Below, one piece after another: positions 1-9,808 of a stretch of 32,000 bases of DNA (positions within the stretch are counted from its first letter, which is position 1; each line of letters begins with the position of its first letter). The notes under the pieces were generated by a model. That model had not been told where the DNA came from. It was given only the letters and a program-made list of their open reading frames with translations, and did no database searches. The stretch is from Chlamydiales bacterium (lineage in GTDB: Bacteria > Chlamydiota > Chlamydiia > Chlamydiales > JAAKFR01). Location of the stretch: the NCBI GenBank assembly GCA_041395025.1, contig JAWLBH010000001.1:450001-482000 (forward strand), written 5' to 3'. The position numbers and the translations under genes are program-made.

Positions 1-56
1 ACAATTAGCTCGAATCTGAAAAAAATCCATAGGGGATAAATCAGATAAAGACTCGT

Positions 57-2042
57 TCAGTTCATCAAACATATTTGGTTTAATAGAGATTCGAAAAATT
101 TAATTTTGATCTCTTTTGTAAGAATTTCTTGAACGCCTATCCATTTTTCTATCCGAATGTTGTTATCAATGGGGATCTTCTTTGGTCGAAAACAATAGAC
201 ACCTTCTTTTTTATCACTAAATACAGGAGAAAACTCTCCATCTTTGACACCAATAACCTCATCAAATTTAATGAATAGTGGCTGAGCACGTGAGACTGTG
301 ATCTCTTTTTTCTCGATCTCCCAAATGCCAGATCCAGCCATTTCACGATATTTTTCGAGATAAGAGGCAAAAGAAATCTCATTTCTTAAAGGGGATCTAG
401 ATAAAAATTGCTTTGCTTCTTTAAAAGGAAGAATTTCTTTCGTCTCTGGATGAGCTTTAACAAGAATACGATAGTAATACTTTTGATCTTGAGTATAACC
501 AATAATTTCCTCTTTTTGGTCTAATAGCTCTTGAAAAGCAGATCTATCACTTAGACCTGGAAGGAATTCTCCTTTCCCAGCAGGAGATAGAAAAATATCC
601 ATTTTTTTCATCGGAGCCTCAATAAGGGCCTCTTCCAACCAATCAGGATGAGCTTCAACAATTTGAGCAGCTGCATAAATATCGATCTTTTTTCGATCTT
701 CTATTCGATCTAAGACTTCAAAAGGAGTCCCCTTTATAGATTTAAGTTCAGGAAAATAGGTTGTAATTTGATCCCAATTTGCAAGTTCCCAATCCCATGT
801 CTCTTTGATACTGACTTTGGCTTGAAGAAGGTTTTTATCAATGTATCCGACAGAAAGAGGATAACGCTTTCCTACAATCTCAGGAGCACGTCTCTCTATA
901 GTCTCAATTGAAGCATATGATTCAGGAAGTCCATGATTTAAAGAATCTGGTCTAATCGCTTCTAGATAAGTTGCAAATATCTCCTTAGATTCATGACTGT
1001 TAAATCGGTAATCAGAGGCCATTTGATAGAGTTCCAACACAACAGATTCATTTGCAGAATGATAAAATTGCTCAAAAATTAATGGATCAACAAGAAGGGT
1101 AGATTGGATGGCTTGCATCATTCTTCTAAATAAAGAAATATCTTCCCAAATATCAAGGATTGCAGATTCATCTAACCCTTTATGATGAAGGTAGATTTCT
1201 AAAAGTTCTTGGCTCGTCTTGATGGGTAGATCAAGATTGGCTGAAATTGCATCATAGGTTTTTTGATTTTTCACTAGAATATCTGCCAGTAGTTCATCAC
1301 GAGAAACAAAATATCCCTCATTACGAGCGATTTCAGCGATTTGAATCACCACTTTTGCAATATGCTCTACAAATTTTTCGCCAAACCAATCTTTAAGATC
1401 ATGATAATTAAAAAGGGTGATAGGATCCTTCGTTAGACGCGGATCGGCTGACTTACGTAAACATTCCTTTTCTTGATAACGAAGTAAATTAGTGAGAAAG
1501 GCAGGAGGAAAACATTTTTCAGATAAAAAAAGATCCATGCGGTTTTGAAAAGAATTTAGAGGATCTACAGCTGTCTGTAAAAGGTTTAACTTTTCAGGAA
1601 TCTCAGAAGCAAACAGAGACCAGATTTTTAAAACAGATAGAGAAGAAATATAGGGGTGTTGATAGGGTTGATAATCTCTTTCCTTCATCAGTCGTATCTC
1701 TAAATCCTTTTGGTATTCTTCTTTGCATCGTGTAAATAAACACATGGCAAGTCCTCCCTCAAGAAAATCTTTAGAAATCAACCCATCATTCAGATAGTTA
1801 CCATCGAAGAATTTAAATGATTCCATCCAGTCTTCTCGGTTAAGAAAATCGATCATGTGACTAAAATGAGCAGACTTTATTCCTTTCCCATTGGGAGTAT
1901 AGAAGACAATCTCATTCCCTTTATTTTCTCCTAATCCAGGGGCAAAAGCCTGATAGGTCCCAAAAAAAAGAAAACTCGTTACAATAATAATTGTAGTGAA
2001 TATGAAAAAATATTTTTGATGCTTTCTAAAAAAATGAAGCAT
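57..2042 (-). CDS. Membrane-anchored PpiD/SurA-N-like periplasmic chaperone (putative; parvulin part degenerate)
   Basis: 661-aa ORF with ATG at 2042. The N-terminus MLHFFRKHQKYFFIFTTIIIVTSFLFFG is a short basic stretch plus a single TM anchor, followed by NEIVFYTPNGKGIKSAHF. This is the pattern seen at PpiD-type chaperone N-termini. The C-terminal YYYRILVKAHPE and GEFSPVFSDKKEGVYCF resemble a parvulin remnant without the usual catalytic motifs. The CDS is solid; the function is a pattern-level guess. Confidence 0.5.
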   Translation of the reverse strand: MLHFFRKHQKYFFIFTTIIIVTSFLFFGTYQAFAPGLGENKGNEIVFYTPNGKGIKSAHFSHMIDFLNREDWMESFKFFDGNYLNDGLISKDFLEGGLAMCLFTRCKEEYQKDLEIRLMKERDYQPYQHPYISSLSVLKIWSLFASEIPEKLNLLQTAVDPLNSFQNRMDLFLSEKCFPPAFLTNLLRYQEKECLRKSADPRLTKDPITLFNYHDLKDWFGEKFVEHIAKVVIQIAEIARNEGYFVSRDELLADILVKNQKTYDAISANLDLPIKTSQELLEIYLHHKGLDESAILDIWEDISLFRRMMQAIQSTLLVDPLIFEQFYHSANESVVLELYQMASDYRFNSHESKEIFATYLEAIRPDSLNHGLPESYASIETIERRAPEIVGKRYPLSVGYIDKNLLQAKVSIKETWDWELANWDQITTYFPELKSIKGTPFEVLDRIEDRKKIDIYAAAQIVEAHPDWLEEALIEAPMKKMDIFLSPAGKGEFLPGLSDRSAFQELLDQKEEIIGYTQDQKYYYRILVKAHPETKEILPFKEAKQFLSRSPLRNEISFASYLEKYREMAGSGIWEIEKKEITVSRAQPLFIKFDEVIGVKDGEFSPVFSDKKEGVYCFRPKKIPIDNNIRIEKWIGVQEILTKEIKIKFFESLLNQICLMN

Positions 2043-2113
2043 GAAATTATCCTAATGTTGTGATCATAAAAGTATAGGAAATCTTATTCCCCTTTTCAAG
2101 CCCCATCATAAGG

Positions 2114-3478
2114 TTAAAGAAATCCACTAAAAGATTTTTGAAGATGACCGATGTAAGAAATCAGAGGATTAAAGTACCAATCAATTGCCTCCTCGGGATG
2201 AATCTCTCGACTTTTTTCTTTATCAATTTGATAGATTTCCTCAAACATACTTGCAACTTTTGGAGAATGAATTACCATGACCGTTTCATAATCAGAACAA
2301 TGACTCTTTGTTCCAAGATTATAGCTTCCAATGACTACAATTGCATTGTCCACAATCATAACTTTTTTATGTAAGAGGATATCTTTGACATGGTATTCAT
2401 AAATTCGCGTATCTTTAGGAGCCATGTTTTTGACTAAATTAGAAGACCAAAAATTAAATTTTTCACCAAAAAATAAAGGAAGATAGGAAAGACGATTCGC
2501 CCAAGCAAAATAGCTATTGTAATTAGGAGCATTCTCGCTTAGCCCATTGGTAATAATGGTGAGTTTGACTCCCCGATTCACTGATTCAAGGAGAGCCTCG
2601 AGAATAGCATCTACAGGATTCATATAGAGATTTGCAATTTTGATCTCTTTTTTAGCTTCGCGGATTAAACGAGTGTAGGATTGAGTAATCGGATTACAAA
2701 ATTGATAGGGGCCACTGAAGAGATACTCCATTCGATCTTTTTCAAGAAAAATTTTTTCCTTTGATTCCTCAAATTTTTCTATAAAGGGCTTCTCAAGAAC
2801 CTCGAAGTAAAATGGATTTTTTTCAAATCGATCAATGTTAATCTCAAAATCATTAGTCATATTATAATGATGCCAAAGAGCAAAAAGCTTACATAATGTC
2901 TGTCGAATTTCTATTGCAATAGGACCTCGTCCTACAATATCTTGATCACGAGTGCCTGCAGGCCCAAGTTTTGCAAAGATATTTAATTTTTCAAATTCTC
3001 TTTCTGGAGTAAAAGTTCCATCGGCACAATGTGTGGTATCAAAATTCGTTCCTCCAATTGAAAAATAGGATTCATCGATCACACATAACTTGACATGATT
3101 ATTGATTCCTCCTATATCAGGCCAAACAATGATCACATTAGCAGCATATTCAAAATGAAAATTCTCTGGATATGTTTTTTTTAGATAGTCGAAAATTTCA
3201 AAATCCTCTTTCTCAAAGAAGACAGGTGACGTTAAAACATGAACTTGTAAATCAGGACATACTTCAAGTCTAGATTCAATTGCAGCTAAAAACTTACGAG
3301 CAATTTCTCCTCCAAAAAAACAAGGGGCAAAGTCAATAGAATGATGAGCATGTCGAATGAACTCAAGATCCCATTCCACTGTTTCAAGGCTATTTTTACA
3401 CACAATCACCGCATTGTCTTCATCAGCTTTTGCTAAATTAAATGTAAAAAGCAAAATTATAAGAGATAGAAGATACAT
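2114..3478 (-). CDS. Secreted phospholipase D superfamily protein with two HKD motifs (paralog 1)
   Basis: 454 aa. Signal peptide MYLLSLIILLFTFNLAKA/DED. Two complete HKD motifs: NHVKLCVIDESYFSIGGTN and LHKKVMIVDNAIVVIGSYN (HxKxxxxD-x6-G[GS]xN). Confidence 0.85.
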   Translation of the reverse strand: MYLLSLIILLFTFNLAKADEDNAVIVCKNSLETVEWDLEFIRHAHHSIDFAPCFFGGEIARKFLAAIESRLEVCPDLQVHVLTSPVFFEKEDFEIFDYLKKTYPENFHFEYAANVIIVWPDIGGINNHVKLCVIDESYFSIGGTNFDTTHCADGTFTPEREFEKLNIFAKLGPAGTRDQDIVGRGPIAIEIRQTLCKLFALWHHYNMTNDFEINIDRFEKNPFYFEVLEKPFIEKFEESKEKIFLEKDRMEYLFSGPYQFCNPITQSYTRLIREAKKEIKIANLYMNPVDAILEALLESVNRGVKLTIITNGLSENAPNYNSYFAWANRLSYLPLFFGEKFNFWSSNLVKNMAPKDTRIYEYHVKDILLHKKVMIVDNAIVVIGSYNLGTKSHCSDYETVMVIHSPKVASMFEEIYQIDKEKSREIHPEEAIDWYFNPLISYIGHLQKSFSGFL

Positions 3479-3519
3479 ATCTTACCCATGCAAAATGGAG
3501 TTTATTCTAATAAAATCGC

Positions 3520-4905
3520 TTAGATTAATCCACTAAAACGTTTCTGAATGGAACCTAGATAGGCTGTTGATGGATTAAAATACCAATCAACAGCTTCTTG
3601 ATATGAAACTTCAAGACTATGTTCAAGATCACGCGTATAGACTCGATTAATTGCCTTCACTACTTCTGAAGAATGGATGACCATCAAAGCTTCATAGTCT
3701 GAAAGATGGCTTTTCAAGCCTAAGTTATAGCTGCCAAGAGCAAATATATCCTCATCGATAATCAGGATTTTTTTATGCAAAAGAACATCTTTTACGTGAT
3801 ATTCATAAATGCGTGTATTTTTAGGTTTTTGATCTTTTACAGACCAATAATGCCAAAAATTGAATTTTTCACCTTGAAACAAAGGAAGATAGGAAAGACG
3901 ATTTGCCCAACAAAAATACTTTGCATAATCAGGAGAGATCTCACTCATCCCATTAGTAATGATTGTTAGCTTGATTCCTCGATTCACTGCATCTAGCAGT
4001 GCATTAAAAATCGCATCAACTGGACACAAATAAAGATTCGCAATCTTGATCTCTTTTTTCGCTTCTTGAATCAACCGCACGTATTCTTCAGTAATGGAAT
4101 TTGTGGCTTGGTGTGGACCACTCAATAAAAACTTCATCTGACGACTATCTACATGAATCAATTGATTAGACTGGTGAAAAGAGGGGACAAAAGGTTTATG
4201 AGTAATTGTAAAATAAAAAGGATTATCCAAAAAAACCTCTGGATCCTTTTCTAGTTTACCAGTTTGATTATAGTAATGCCATAAGGAAAAAATTTTACAA
4301 AATGCTTCGCGAAGTTCTTTTGCAATAGGTCCCTTTCCTACAATATCTTGATCCCTCATGCCAGCAGGTAGGCTATCATTAATGATTCTAAAAATTTTAT
4401 TACGTTGTACCAAGGGGGTATAAGTCCCCTCTGAACACTGCGATCCATCAAGATTCGTGCCTCCAATCGAAAAATATTCTTCATCGATGACACACACTTT
4501 CACATGATTATCAATTCCACTCACATCCGGCCATAGAATTGTCACACAAGAAGCCTGTTCAAGGCGAAAATTTTGGGGATACTTATTTTTTAAGCGATTG
4601 ATAATCACAAAATCATCTTCTTCAATAAGGATAGGGGTAGTTAGAATACTCACTTGAATTGTTGGAACCAATTCTAAACGTGCTTCAATAGCTGTTAATA
4701 ATTTACGTGCAATTTCTCCTCCTAAAAAACAAGCTGAAATATCAATCGATTGTTGTGCATGATGAATAAACTCAAGATTCCAATTAAACATTTCAAGACC
4801 ATTATCGCAAACAATTACCTGGGTATTCTCTTCTTGGGCTGAGAGATTCAATGCGATAAAAAAAACAAGTATGACAAGAAAAAAAGAAAAAAAACGTTTT
4901 ATCAT
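3520..4905 (-). CDS. Secreted phospholipase D superfamily protein with two HKD motifs (paralog 2)
   Basis: 461 aa. Signal peptide MIKRFFSFFLVILVFFIALNLSA/QEE. HKD motifs NHVKVCVIDEEYFSIGGTN and LHKKILIIDEDIFALGSYN. The ATG at 4905 overlaps the lplA stop as ATGA (4902-4905). Confidence 0.85.
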   Translation of the reverse strand: MIKRFFSFFLVILVFFIALNLSAQEENTQVIVCDNGLEMFNWNLEFIHHAQQSIDISACFLGGEIARKLLTAIEARLELVPTIQVSILTTPILIEEDDFVIINRLKNKYPQNFRLEQASCVTILWPDVSGIDNHVKVCVIDEEYFSIGGTNLDGSQCSEGTYTPLVQRNKIFRIINDSLPAGMRDQDIVGKGPIAKELREAFCKIFSLWHYYNQTGKLEKDPEVFLDNPFYFTITHKPFVPSFHQSNQLIHVDSRQMKFLLSGPHQATNSITEEYVRLIQEAKKEIKIANLYLCPVDAIFNALLDAVNRGIKLTIITNGMSEISPDYAKYFCWANRLSYLPLFQGEKFNFWHYWSVKDQKPKNTRIYEYHVKDVLLHKKILIIDEDIFALGSYNLGLKSHLSDYEALMVIHSSEVVKAINRVYTRDLEHSLEVSYQEAVDWYFNPSTAYLGSIQKRFSGLI

Positions 4906-5618
4906 AAATCTTCAGCCATAAATCTTTTTTTAAGATGAATACGCAATTCACTACGTATTTCTTCTAATTCTTTACGCGTCCAATTTTCACCAAGAAATGA
5001 AAAACTATTGGCTCGGATAGCATCAAATACCTTAGTTTTTTGATTTAAGACTTGACATAGATCTCCTTCAGAAGGAGATCCGATCGCGATTGAACCTTGA
5101 TGCAAATAACCATATTTCGTTTTTCTTTGTGCTGCACCACCGACTTTTTTACCTTGAATCATGACATCATATTTTGTCGGCATAGCCATACAAAAACTCT
5201 TACAATCATTATCAAAAGGCTCTAAGTTTTCAACAAAAAGATGAGTAGAAAGGTCAGTCATAGAAGTAATAATTTCAACCACACGTCTATTTACAAAGGC
5301 ATAATTTTCAAGAGAATTATTAGAAAAAGCTGGATGAGAAGCTGGTACAATAATTGAAAATGCCAAATCGCAATTGTGAAATATAATCCCTCCCCCTGTC
5401 GGACGTTTAGCTAAATCAATCTTTTTGTTGACAATCTCTTCGAGATTTAAAAATTTCTTAGGATCTATAAAATATCCAAAAGTTGCTGCTTCTCTCTCCC
5501 ATTCGTAGAAATGAAGAGTAGCTTCTCTCTCATATTCTGCATCTGCAAGCAAAGCAGAATCTAAAGCCATATTTGCAGCTGCATTACGAATCCCAGTATC
5601 TAAGCATCTCCAATGCAT
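4902..5618 (-). CDS. lplA: Lipoate-protein ligase / octanoyltransferase family protein (LplA-like catalytic domain only)
   Basis: 238 aa. KRPTGGGIIFHNCD, GKKVGGAAQRKTKYGYLHQGSI match the BPL/LplA/LipB catalytic-domain motifs (E. coli RRSSGGGAVFHD, RKVSGSAYR, HHGTLLL). There is no LplA C-terminal accessory domain. Confidence 0.75.
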   Translation of the reverse strand: MHWRCLDTGIRNAAANMALDSALLADAEYEREATLHFYEWEREAATFGYFIDPKKFLNLEEIVNKKIDLAKRPTGGGIIFHNCDLAFSIIVPASHPAFSNNSLENYAFVNRRVVEIITSMTDLSTHLFVENLEPFDNDCKSFCMAMPTKYDVMIQGKKVGGAAQRKTKYGYLHQGSIAIGSPSEGDLCQVLNQKTKVFDAIRANSFSFLGENWTRKELEEIRSELRIHLKKRFMAEDL

Positions 5619-5863
5619 AATCCAATAATGATAGTTTACTAAAACTTAAAAAAAAATCATTTTTTATGATAAATCAATCATTGAAAATCAAATATTTAGT
5701 TTTTGATATGAAATTTTGCTAATACATTTTTCTACGGATAAGAAACCACCTATTCTGTAAATTTACCAATTCTTCAGAAAGAGGTTGATGGAAGATCGAT
5801 AACAGAGGTATAGTGAAGAGGCTCTAGGTGGAGAGTTTAGCTTCTATTTTCAAATTGAAAAAC

Positions 5864-5929
5864 TGGATTTTTTAATGATTCTTTACACAATCAAAGACAA
5901 GTGTTGATCTATTCAGATTAAAAAATCCA
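5864..5929. repeat. 13-bp perfect inverted repeat (tggattttttaat / attaaaaaatcca) with a 40-bp spacer
   Basis: Arms at 5864-5876 and 5917-5929 are exact reverse complements. Imperfect complementarity extends outward to about 5851 and 5942. It lies in the 410-bp divergent lplA/clpC intergenic region. Confidence 0.6.
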
Positions 5930-5965
5930 TTGTTTTGAATTTAGCCTATAGGAATAAAGAGATAG

Positions 5966-5994
5966 TTGCCTAATTATTTCTTTTACCATATATC
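5966..5994 (+). promoter_or_regulatory. Candidate sigma-70/66-type promoter for clpC (TTGCCT-N17-TATATC)
   Basis: Hexamers at 5966-5971 and 5989-5994 match the consensus at 4/6 each with a 17-nt spacer, about 35 nt upstream of the clpC ATG. This is a pattern match only, in AT-rich DNA. Confidence 0.2.
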
Positions 5995-6028
5995 CTAGAT
6001 TCTAAAAAGATACATAAGCGAGAAAGCA

Positions 6029-8512
6029 ATGTTTGATAAGTTCACTAATCGTGCAAAACAAGTTATAAAACTAGCAAAAAAAGAGGCTCAAAGGCTCAAT
6101 CATAATTACTTAGGTACAGAGCATATTCTACTAGGTTTACTAAAACTTGGTCAAGGTGTGGCTGTAAATGTCCTGCGTAATCTAGGACTAGAATTTGAAA
6201 TCGTACGTAGAGAAGTTGAGCGTCTTGTTGGTTATGGCCCAGAAATTCAGGTCTATGGAGATCCAGCTTTAACTGGTCGTGTTAAAAAAGTTTTTGATTT
6301 TGCAAACGAAGAAGCTTCTAGTCTCAGTCATAACTATGTTGGGACTGAACATCTCTTACTTGGTCTACTCTGTCAATCAGATAGTGTCGCAGCGCAGGTA
6401 TTAGAAAATCTCAATATTGACTTACAAGAGGTCCGAAAAGAGGTCTTGAAAGAGCTTGAAACTTTTAACCTACAACTCCCTCCTGTTAATCCATCAGGTG
6501 GTGTGGCAAAAATGAAGGATAAGGGCACAGACAAACTACCTGCACTAAGAGCGTATGGTTATGATCTCACTGAAATGAGTCGAGAGCATAAGCTTGATCC
6601 AGTGATTGGGCGCGATCAAGAAACTGAGCGTTTGATTTTAATTCTCTGTCGACGTCGAAAAAATAATCCTGTGCTCATTGGAGAAGCGGGCGTAGGAAAA
6701 ACAGCTATTGTTGAAGGGCTTGCTCAACGCATTGTACGTGGAGAAGTTCCCGATAATTTAAAAAAGAAGAAACTCATTAGCCTTGATCTTGCTCTAATGA
6801 TTGCAGGAACTAAATACCGTGGGCAATTTGAAGAACGTATTAAAGCTGTCATGGATGAAATTAAAAAACACGGTAATATTCTCCTGTTTATTGACGAACT
6901 ACATACCATTGTTGGAGCAGGAGCAGCTGAAGGGGCAATTGATGCCTCAAATATTCTTAAACCGGCACTTTCAAGAGGTGAGCTACAATGCATAGGTGCT
7001 ACAACTCTTGATGAATATCGTAAACATATTGATAAAGATGCAGCTCTTGAACGCCGTTTTCAAAAAATTATTGTTCAGCCTCCTAGTGTAGAAGATACAA
7101 TTGAAATCTTAAATGGTGTAAAAAAACAGTATGAAGATCATCACAATGTCGCTATTTCAAATGAAGCTATAGAAGCCGCTGCTATTCTTTCAGATCGTTA
7201 TATTTATGGACGATTTCTTCCTGATAAAGCGATTGATCTGCTTGATGAAGCTGGTGCACGCATGCGTATTGCGACTATGAATCAACCTTCTGATATCTCA
7301 TCTATTGAAGGTGAAATAGAAGAAACCCGGTCTGCTAAAGAAAAAGCGATCAGCACTCAAGAGTATGAAAAAGCTGCTCGTCTTCGAGATCAAGAGAAAA
7401 AGCTCCGGGAAAAACTTCAAATGATTCGTAGCGAATGGGAAAATCATAAGGAAGAACATCAAATTCCTGTAGACGAAGAAGCTGTTGCACAGGTGATAGC
7501 CTCTCAAACTGGGATTCCAATTACTCAGCTGACAGAGGAAGAGACTCAAAAATTACTAAAAATGGAAGAAATTCTGCGCCTACAAATCATTGGTCAAGAT
7601 GAAGCTGTTGGGATTGTCTGTAGAGCGATTCGCAGAGGGCGAGCTGGGATTAAAGATCCAAATCGTCCAACAGGTTCTTTTCTTTTCTTAGGTCCAACAG
7701 GTGTAGGAAAAACCCATTTTGCACGTCTTCTTGCTACTCTTATGTATGGTGGAGAAGATGCTCTTATTCAAGTTGATATGTCAGAATACATGGAAAAATT
7801 TGCAATCAGCAGAATGACTGGATCTCCTCCTGGATATGTAGGACATGAGGAAGGAGGACAGTTAACTGAACGTGTACGCCAACGTCCTTATTCTGTGATC
7901 CTTTTCGATGAAATTGAAAAAGCCCATCCGGATGTCATGGATCTGCTTTTACAAATCCTAGAAGAAGGAAGGCTAACGGATTCATTTGGACGTAAAATCG
8001 ATTTTCGTCATGCAGTTGTGATTATGACTTCGAATCTTGGTGCTGATCTAATCCGTCATTCAACAGAGATTGGATTTAGTGCCAAAACTAGTGGTTACGA
8101 TTATAAAACGATCCAAGAGAAAATTGAAAAAGCAATGAAAAAACACTTAAAACCTGAATTTTTGAACCGGATTGATGGGACAGTCATTTTCCGTCCGCTA
8201 GATGAAAAAGCGCTCGGACAAATTGTACATCTTGAGATTGAAAAAGTAGAAAAACGTCTTGCTAAACATCAAATTCATTTAGAACTGACAGAAGATGCGA
8301 TTCATCTTCTTGTTAAGCTTGACAATTCTCCTGAGATGGGTGCTCGACCAATTAGAAGAATTATTGAGCAACACATTGAAGATCCTCTTGCTGAGAAACT
8401 CATTCGTAATCCAGGAGAATCTCACCGTTATCTAGTCAAAGTAAAAGATGAAAAACTAGTTTTTGAAGAAATAGAACTCCTTAAAAAAGAAAAAATGGGA
8501 GCTACAAGCTAA
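6029..8512 (+). CDS. clpC: ATP-dependent Clp protease ATP-binding subunit ClpC
   Basis: 827 aa. Duplicated Clp_N repeats ([12 protein letters not shown] and [12 protein letters not shown]). D1 Walker [19 protein letters not shown]-like [17 protein letters not shown]2 Walker [16 protein letters not shown]. Sensor motif GARPIRR. Confidence 0.96.
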   Translation: MFDKFTNRAKQVIKLAKKEAQRLNHNYLGTEHILLGLLKLGQGVAVNVLRNLGLEFEIVRREVERLVGYGPEIQVYGDPALTGRVKKVFDFANEEASSLSHNYVGTEHLLLGLLCQSDSVAAQVLENLNIDLQEVRKEVLKELETFNLQLPPVNPSGGVAKMKDKGTDKLPALRAYGYDLTEMSREHKLDPVIGRDQETERLILILCRRRKNNPVLIGEAGVGKTAIVEGLAQRIVRGEVPDNLKKKKLISLDLALMIAGTKYRGQFEERIKAVMDEIKKHGNILLFIDELHTIVGAGAAEGAIDASNILKPALSRGELQCIGATTLDEYRKHIDKDAALERRFQKIIVQPPSVEDTIEILNGVKKQYEDHHNVAISNEAIEAAAILSDRYIYGRFLPDKAIDLLDEAGARMRIATMNQPSDISSIEGEIEETRSAKEKAISTQEYEKAARLRDQEKKLREKLQMIRSEWENHKEEHQIPVDEEAVAQVIASQTGIPITQLTEEETQKLLKMEEILRLQIIGQDEAVGIVCRAIRRGRAGIKDPNRPTGSFLFLGPTGVGKTHFARLLATLMYGGEDALIQVDMSEYMEKFAISRMTGSPPGYVGHEEGGQLTERVRQRPYSVILFDEIEKAHPDVMDLLLQILEEGRLTDSFGRKIDFRHAVVIMTSNLGADLIRHSTEIGFSAKTSGYDYKTIQEKIEKAMKKHLKPEFLNRIDGTVIFRPLDEKALGQIVHLEIEKVEKRLAKHQIHLELTEDAIHLLVKLDNSPEMGARPIRRIIEQHIEDPLAEKLIRNPGESHRYLVKVKDEKLVFEEIELLKKEKMGATS

Positions 8513-8531
8513 TGATGTCTAGAGTTTTTGT

Positions 8532-9569
8532 TCAAAATGAATTGATTATCCCCCCTCCAAGACAAATGTGACCTTGGTAAAATACAATGGATTGTCCAGG
8601 AGTGACTGCTTTTTGAGGTTGATCAAAAACCACTTGATTTCCATCGAAAACAGTACAAGGGGTATCAGGACTGCGGTATCTTACCTTTGCAGTGCAGTAC
8701 AAAGGAAGAGAAGGGGGACTCCCCACCCAATTCAAATCGTGAATCGTAAGTTTAGTACGGTAAAGAGTCGGGTGATTTTCTCCCTGTTCGACAAAGATGA
8801 CATTACGGCTAGGATCCTTTCCAACAACATACCATGCCTTACCCTTGCCGCCAATATTCAATCCTCGTCGTTGTCCAATAGTATAGAAGGCAATGCCATC
8901 ATGTTGCCCCACAACTGTTCCATTGAGTCGTTCTAAATTTCCTCTCTGACTAGGAATAAAATTTGAAAGAAATTTTTTGAAATTTCGCTTCCCAATAAAG
9001 CAAATCCCTTGACTATCAGGTTTTTGAGCTGTTACTAATCCTGCAGATTCTGCATATTTTCTTACTATATTTTTTTTCATTTCTCCAATCGGAAATAAAA
9101 TTTTTTCTAAAAGAGACGTTTTAAGTGTATAGAGAAAATAACTTTGATCTTTTTCTTGATCTGCACCTCGTATTAAACACCATTCTTGATTGATCATTTC
9201 TCTTCTACAATAATGCCCTGTTGCAAGAAAATCTGCTCCTATTTCTATTGCTTTATCTAAAAAAATTTTAAATTTAATCTCACGATTACATAAAACATCG
9301 GGATTAGGAGTATCACCAATAGCATAATTCTTTAGACAAGAGGAGAAAACATTATCCCAATATGACTGAGAAAAATTCACTGGATAACATGGAATTTTTA
9401 ACTGATCACAGACACACACTACATCCTTAAAATCATCCTCTGCAGAACATTTTTCTTCTTCCCAGTTTTTCATAAAAAGTCCAATGACTTGATAACCCTG
9501 TTCTTTTAAGATAAGCGCTGCTACTGAAGAATCCACTCCGCCAGACATGCCTATAACGACAGTTTTCAT
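8532..9569 (-). CDS. mnmA: tRNA 2-thiouridine(34) synthase MnmA (TrmU)
   Basis: 345 aa. PP-loop VIGMSGGVDSSVAA, then NPDVLCN and QGICFIG catalytic cysteines. Typical length. Confidence 0.95.
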   Translation of the reverse strand: MKTVVIGMSGGVDSSVAALILKEQGYQVIGLFMKNWEEEKCSAEDDFKDVVCVCDQLKIPCYPVNFSQSYWDNVFSSCLKNYAIGDTPNPDVLCNREIKFKIFLDKAIEIGADFLATGHYCRREMINQEWCLIRGADQEKDQSYFLYTLKTSLLEKILFPIGEMKKNIVRKYAESAGLVTAQKPDSQGICFIGKRNFKKFLSNFIPSQRGNLERLNGTVVGQHDGIAFYTIGQRRGLNIGGKGKAWYVVGKDPSRNVIFVEQGENHPTLYRTKLTIHDLNWVGSPPSLPLYCTAKVRYRSPDTPCTVFDGNQVVFDQPQKAVTPGQSIVFYQGHICLGGGIINSF

Positions 9570-9808
9570 AAAAATTCAAAGAGAGCCTTTTATTAAAACG
9601 TGATTTATTTCGGTTAAACAGGAGTAAGAGAGATAAGAAATGTGCAAAAACATTGCAAAGGACAAACAAGAAATAGACATTTTCTCCAATATTCTTCCTA
9701 GCTATATCTCTTATAAGAGACTTTATTAGAATCTGCTATTAATTTTTATAAAAGAGAAACACACTTTTGATAAAAAAAAGAAATCGTAGTTTAAAATAAC
9801 TAAAAAAT

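Larger units (their letters stand above)
2114..4905 (-). repeat. Tandem gene duplication (two about 1.4-kb PLD paralogs separated by 41 bp)
   Basis: The two proteins align over their full length, with more than half of positions identical by eye. Similarity is still visible at nucleotide level, e.g. the identical 23-mer aaaggaagataggaaagacgatt at 2475-2497 and 3881-3903 (offset 1406 nt). Confidence 0.8.

Noticed and set aside
1-56. A possible start of a further minus-strand gene at the left edge (ATG at 30-28, MDFFQIRANC...).
   Set aside because: Only 10 codons are visible, with no ribosome-binding site and no recognisable motif. It cannot be supported from this window.
4879-4894. Homopolymer tracts (T8-C-T7 on the coding strand) immediately after the start codon of the upstream PLD paralog, as a possible slipped-strand phase-variation switch.
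   Set aside because: The tracts simply encode the Phe-rich signal peptide (KRFFSFFL). Similar runs occur all over the window, e.g. A9 at 5650-5658. A single sequence gives no evidence of length variation.
5619-6028. Searched the clpC upstream region for a CIRCE/HrcA operator (TTAGCACTC-N9-GAGTGCTAA), and the window for sigma-54 (TGGCAC-N5-TTGC) and sigma-28 type promoters.
   Set aside because: No acceptable match was found. The closest hits, tggcactccatcaagg at about 10650 and atcgataa at about 5807, lack the second half-site.
9640-9729. A 29-aa ORF (MCKNIAKDKQEIDIFSNILPSYISYKRLY) in the 239-bp mnmA/ptsN intergenic gap, with caggag upstream.
   Set aside because: The SD-like sequence is 15 nt from the ATG, which is too far. 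The peptide has no recognisable features, and short ORFs of this size are expected by chance.
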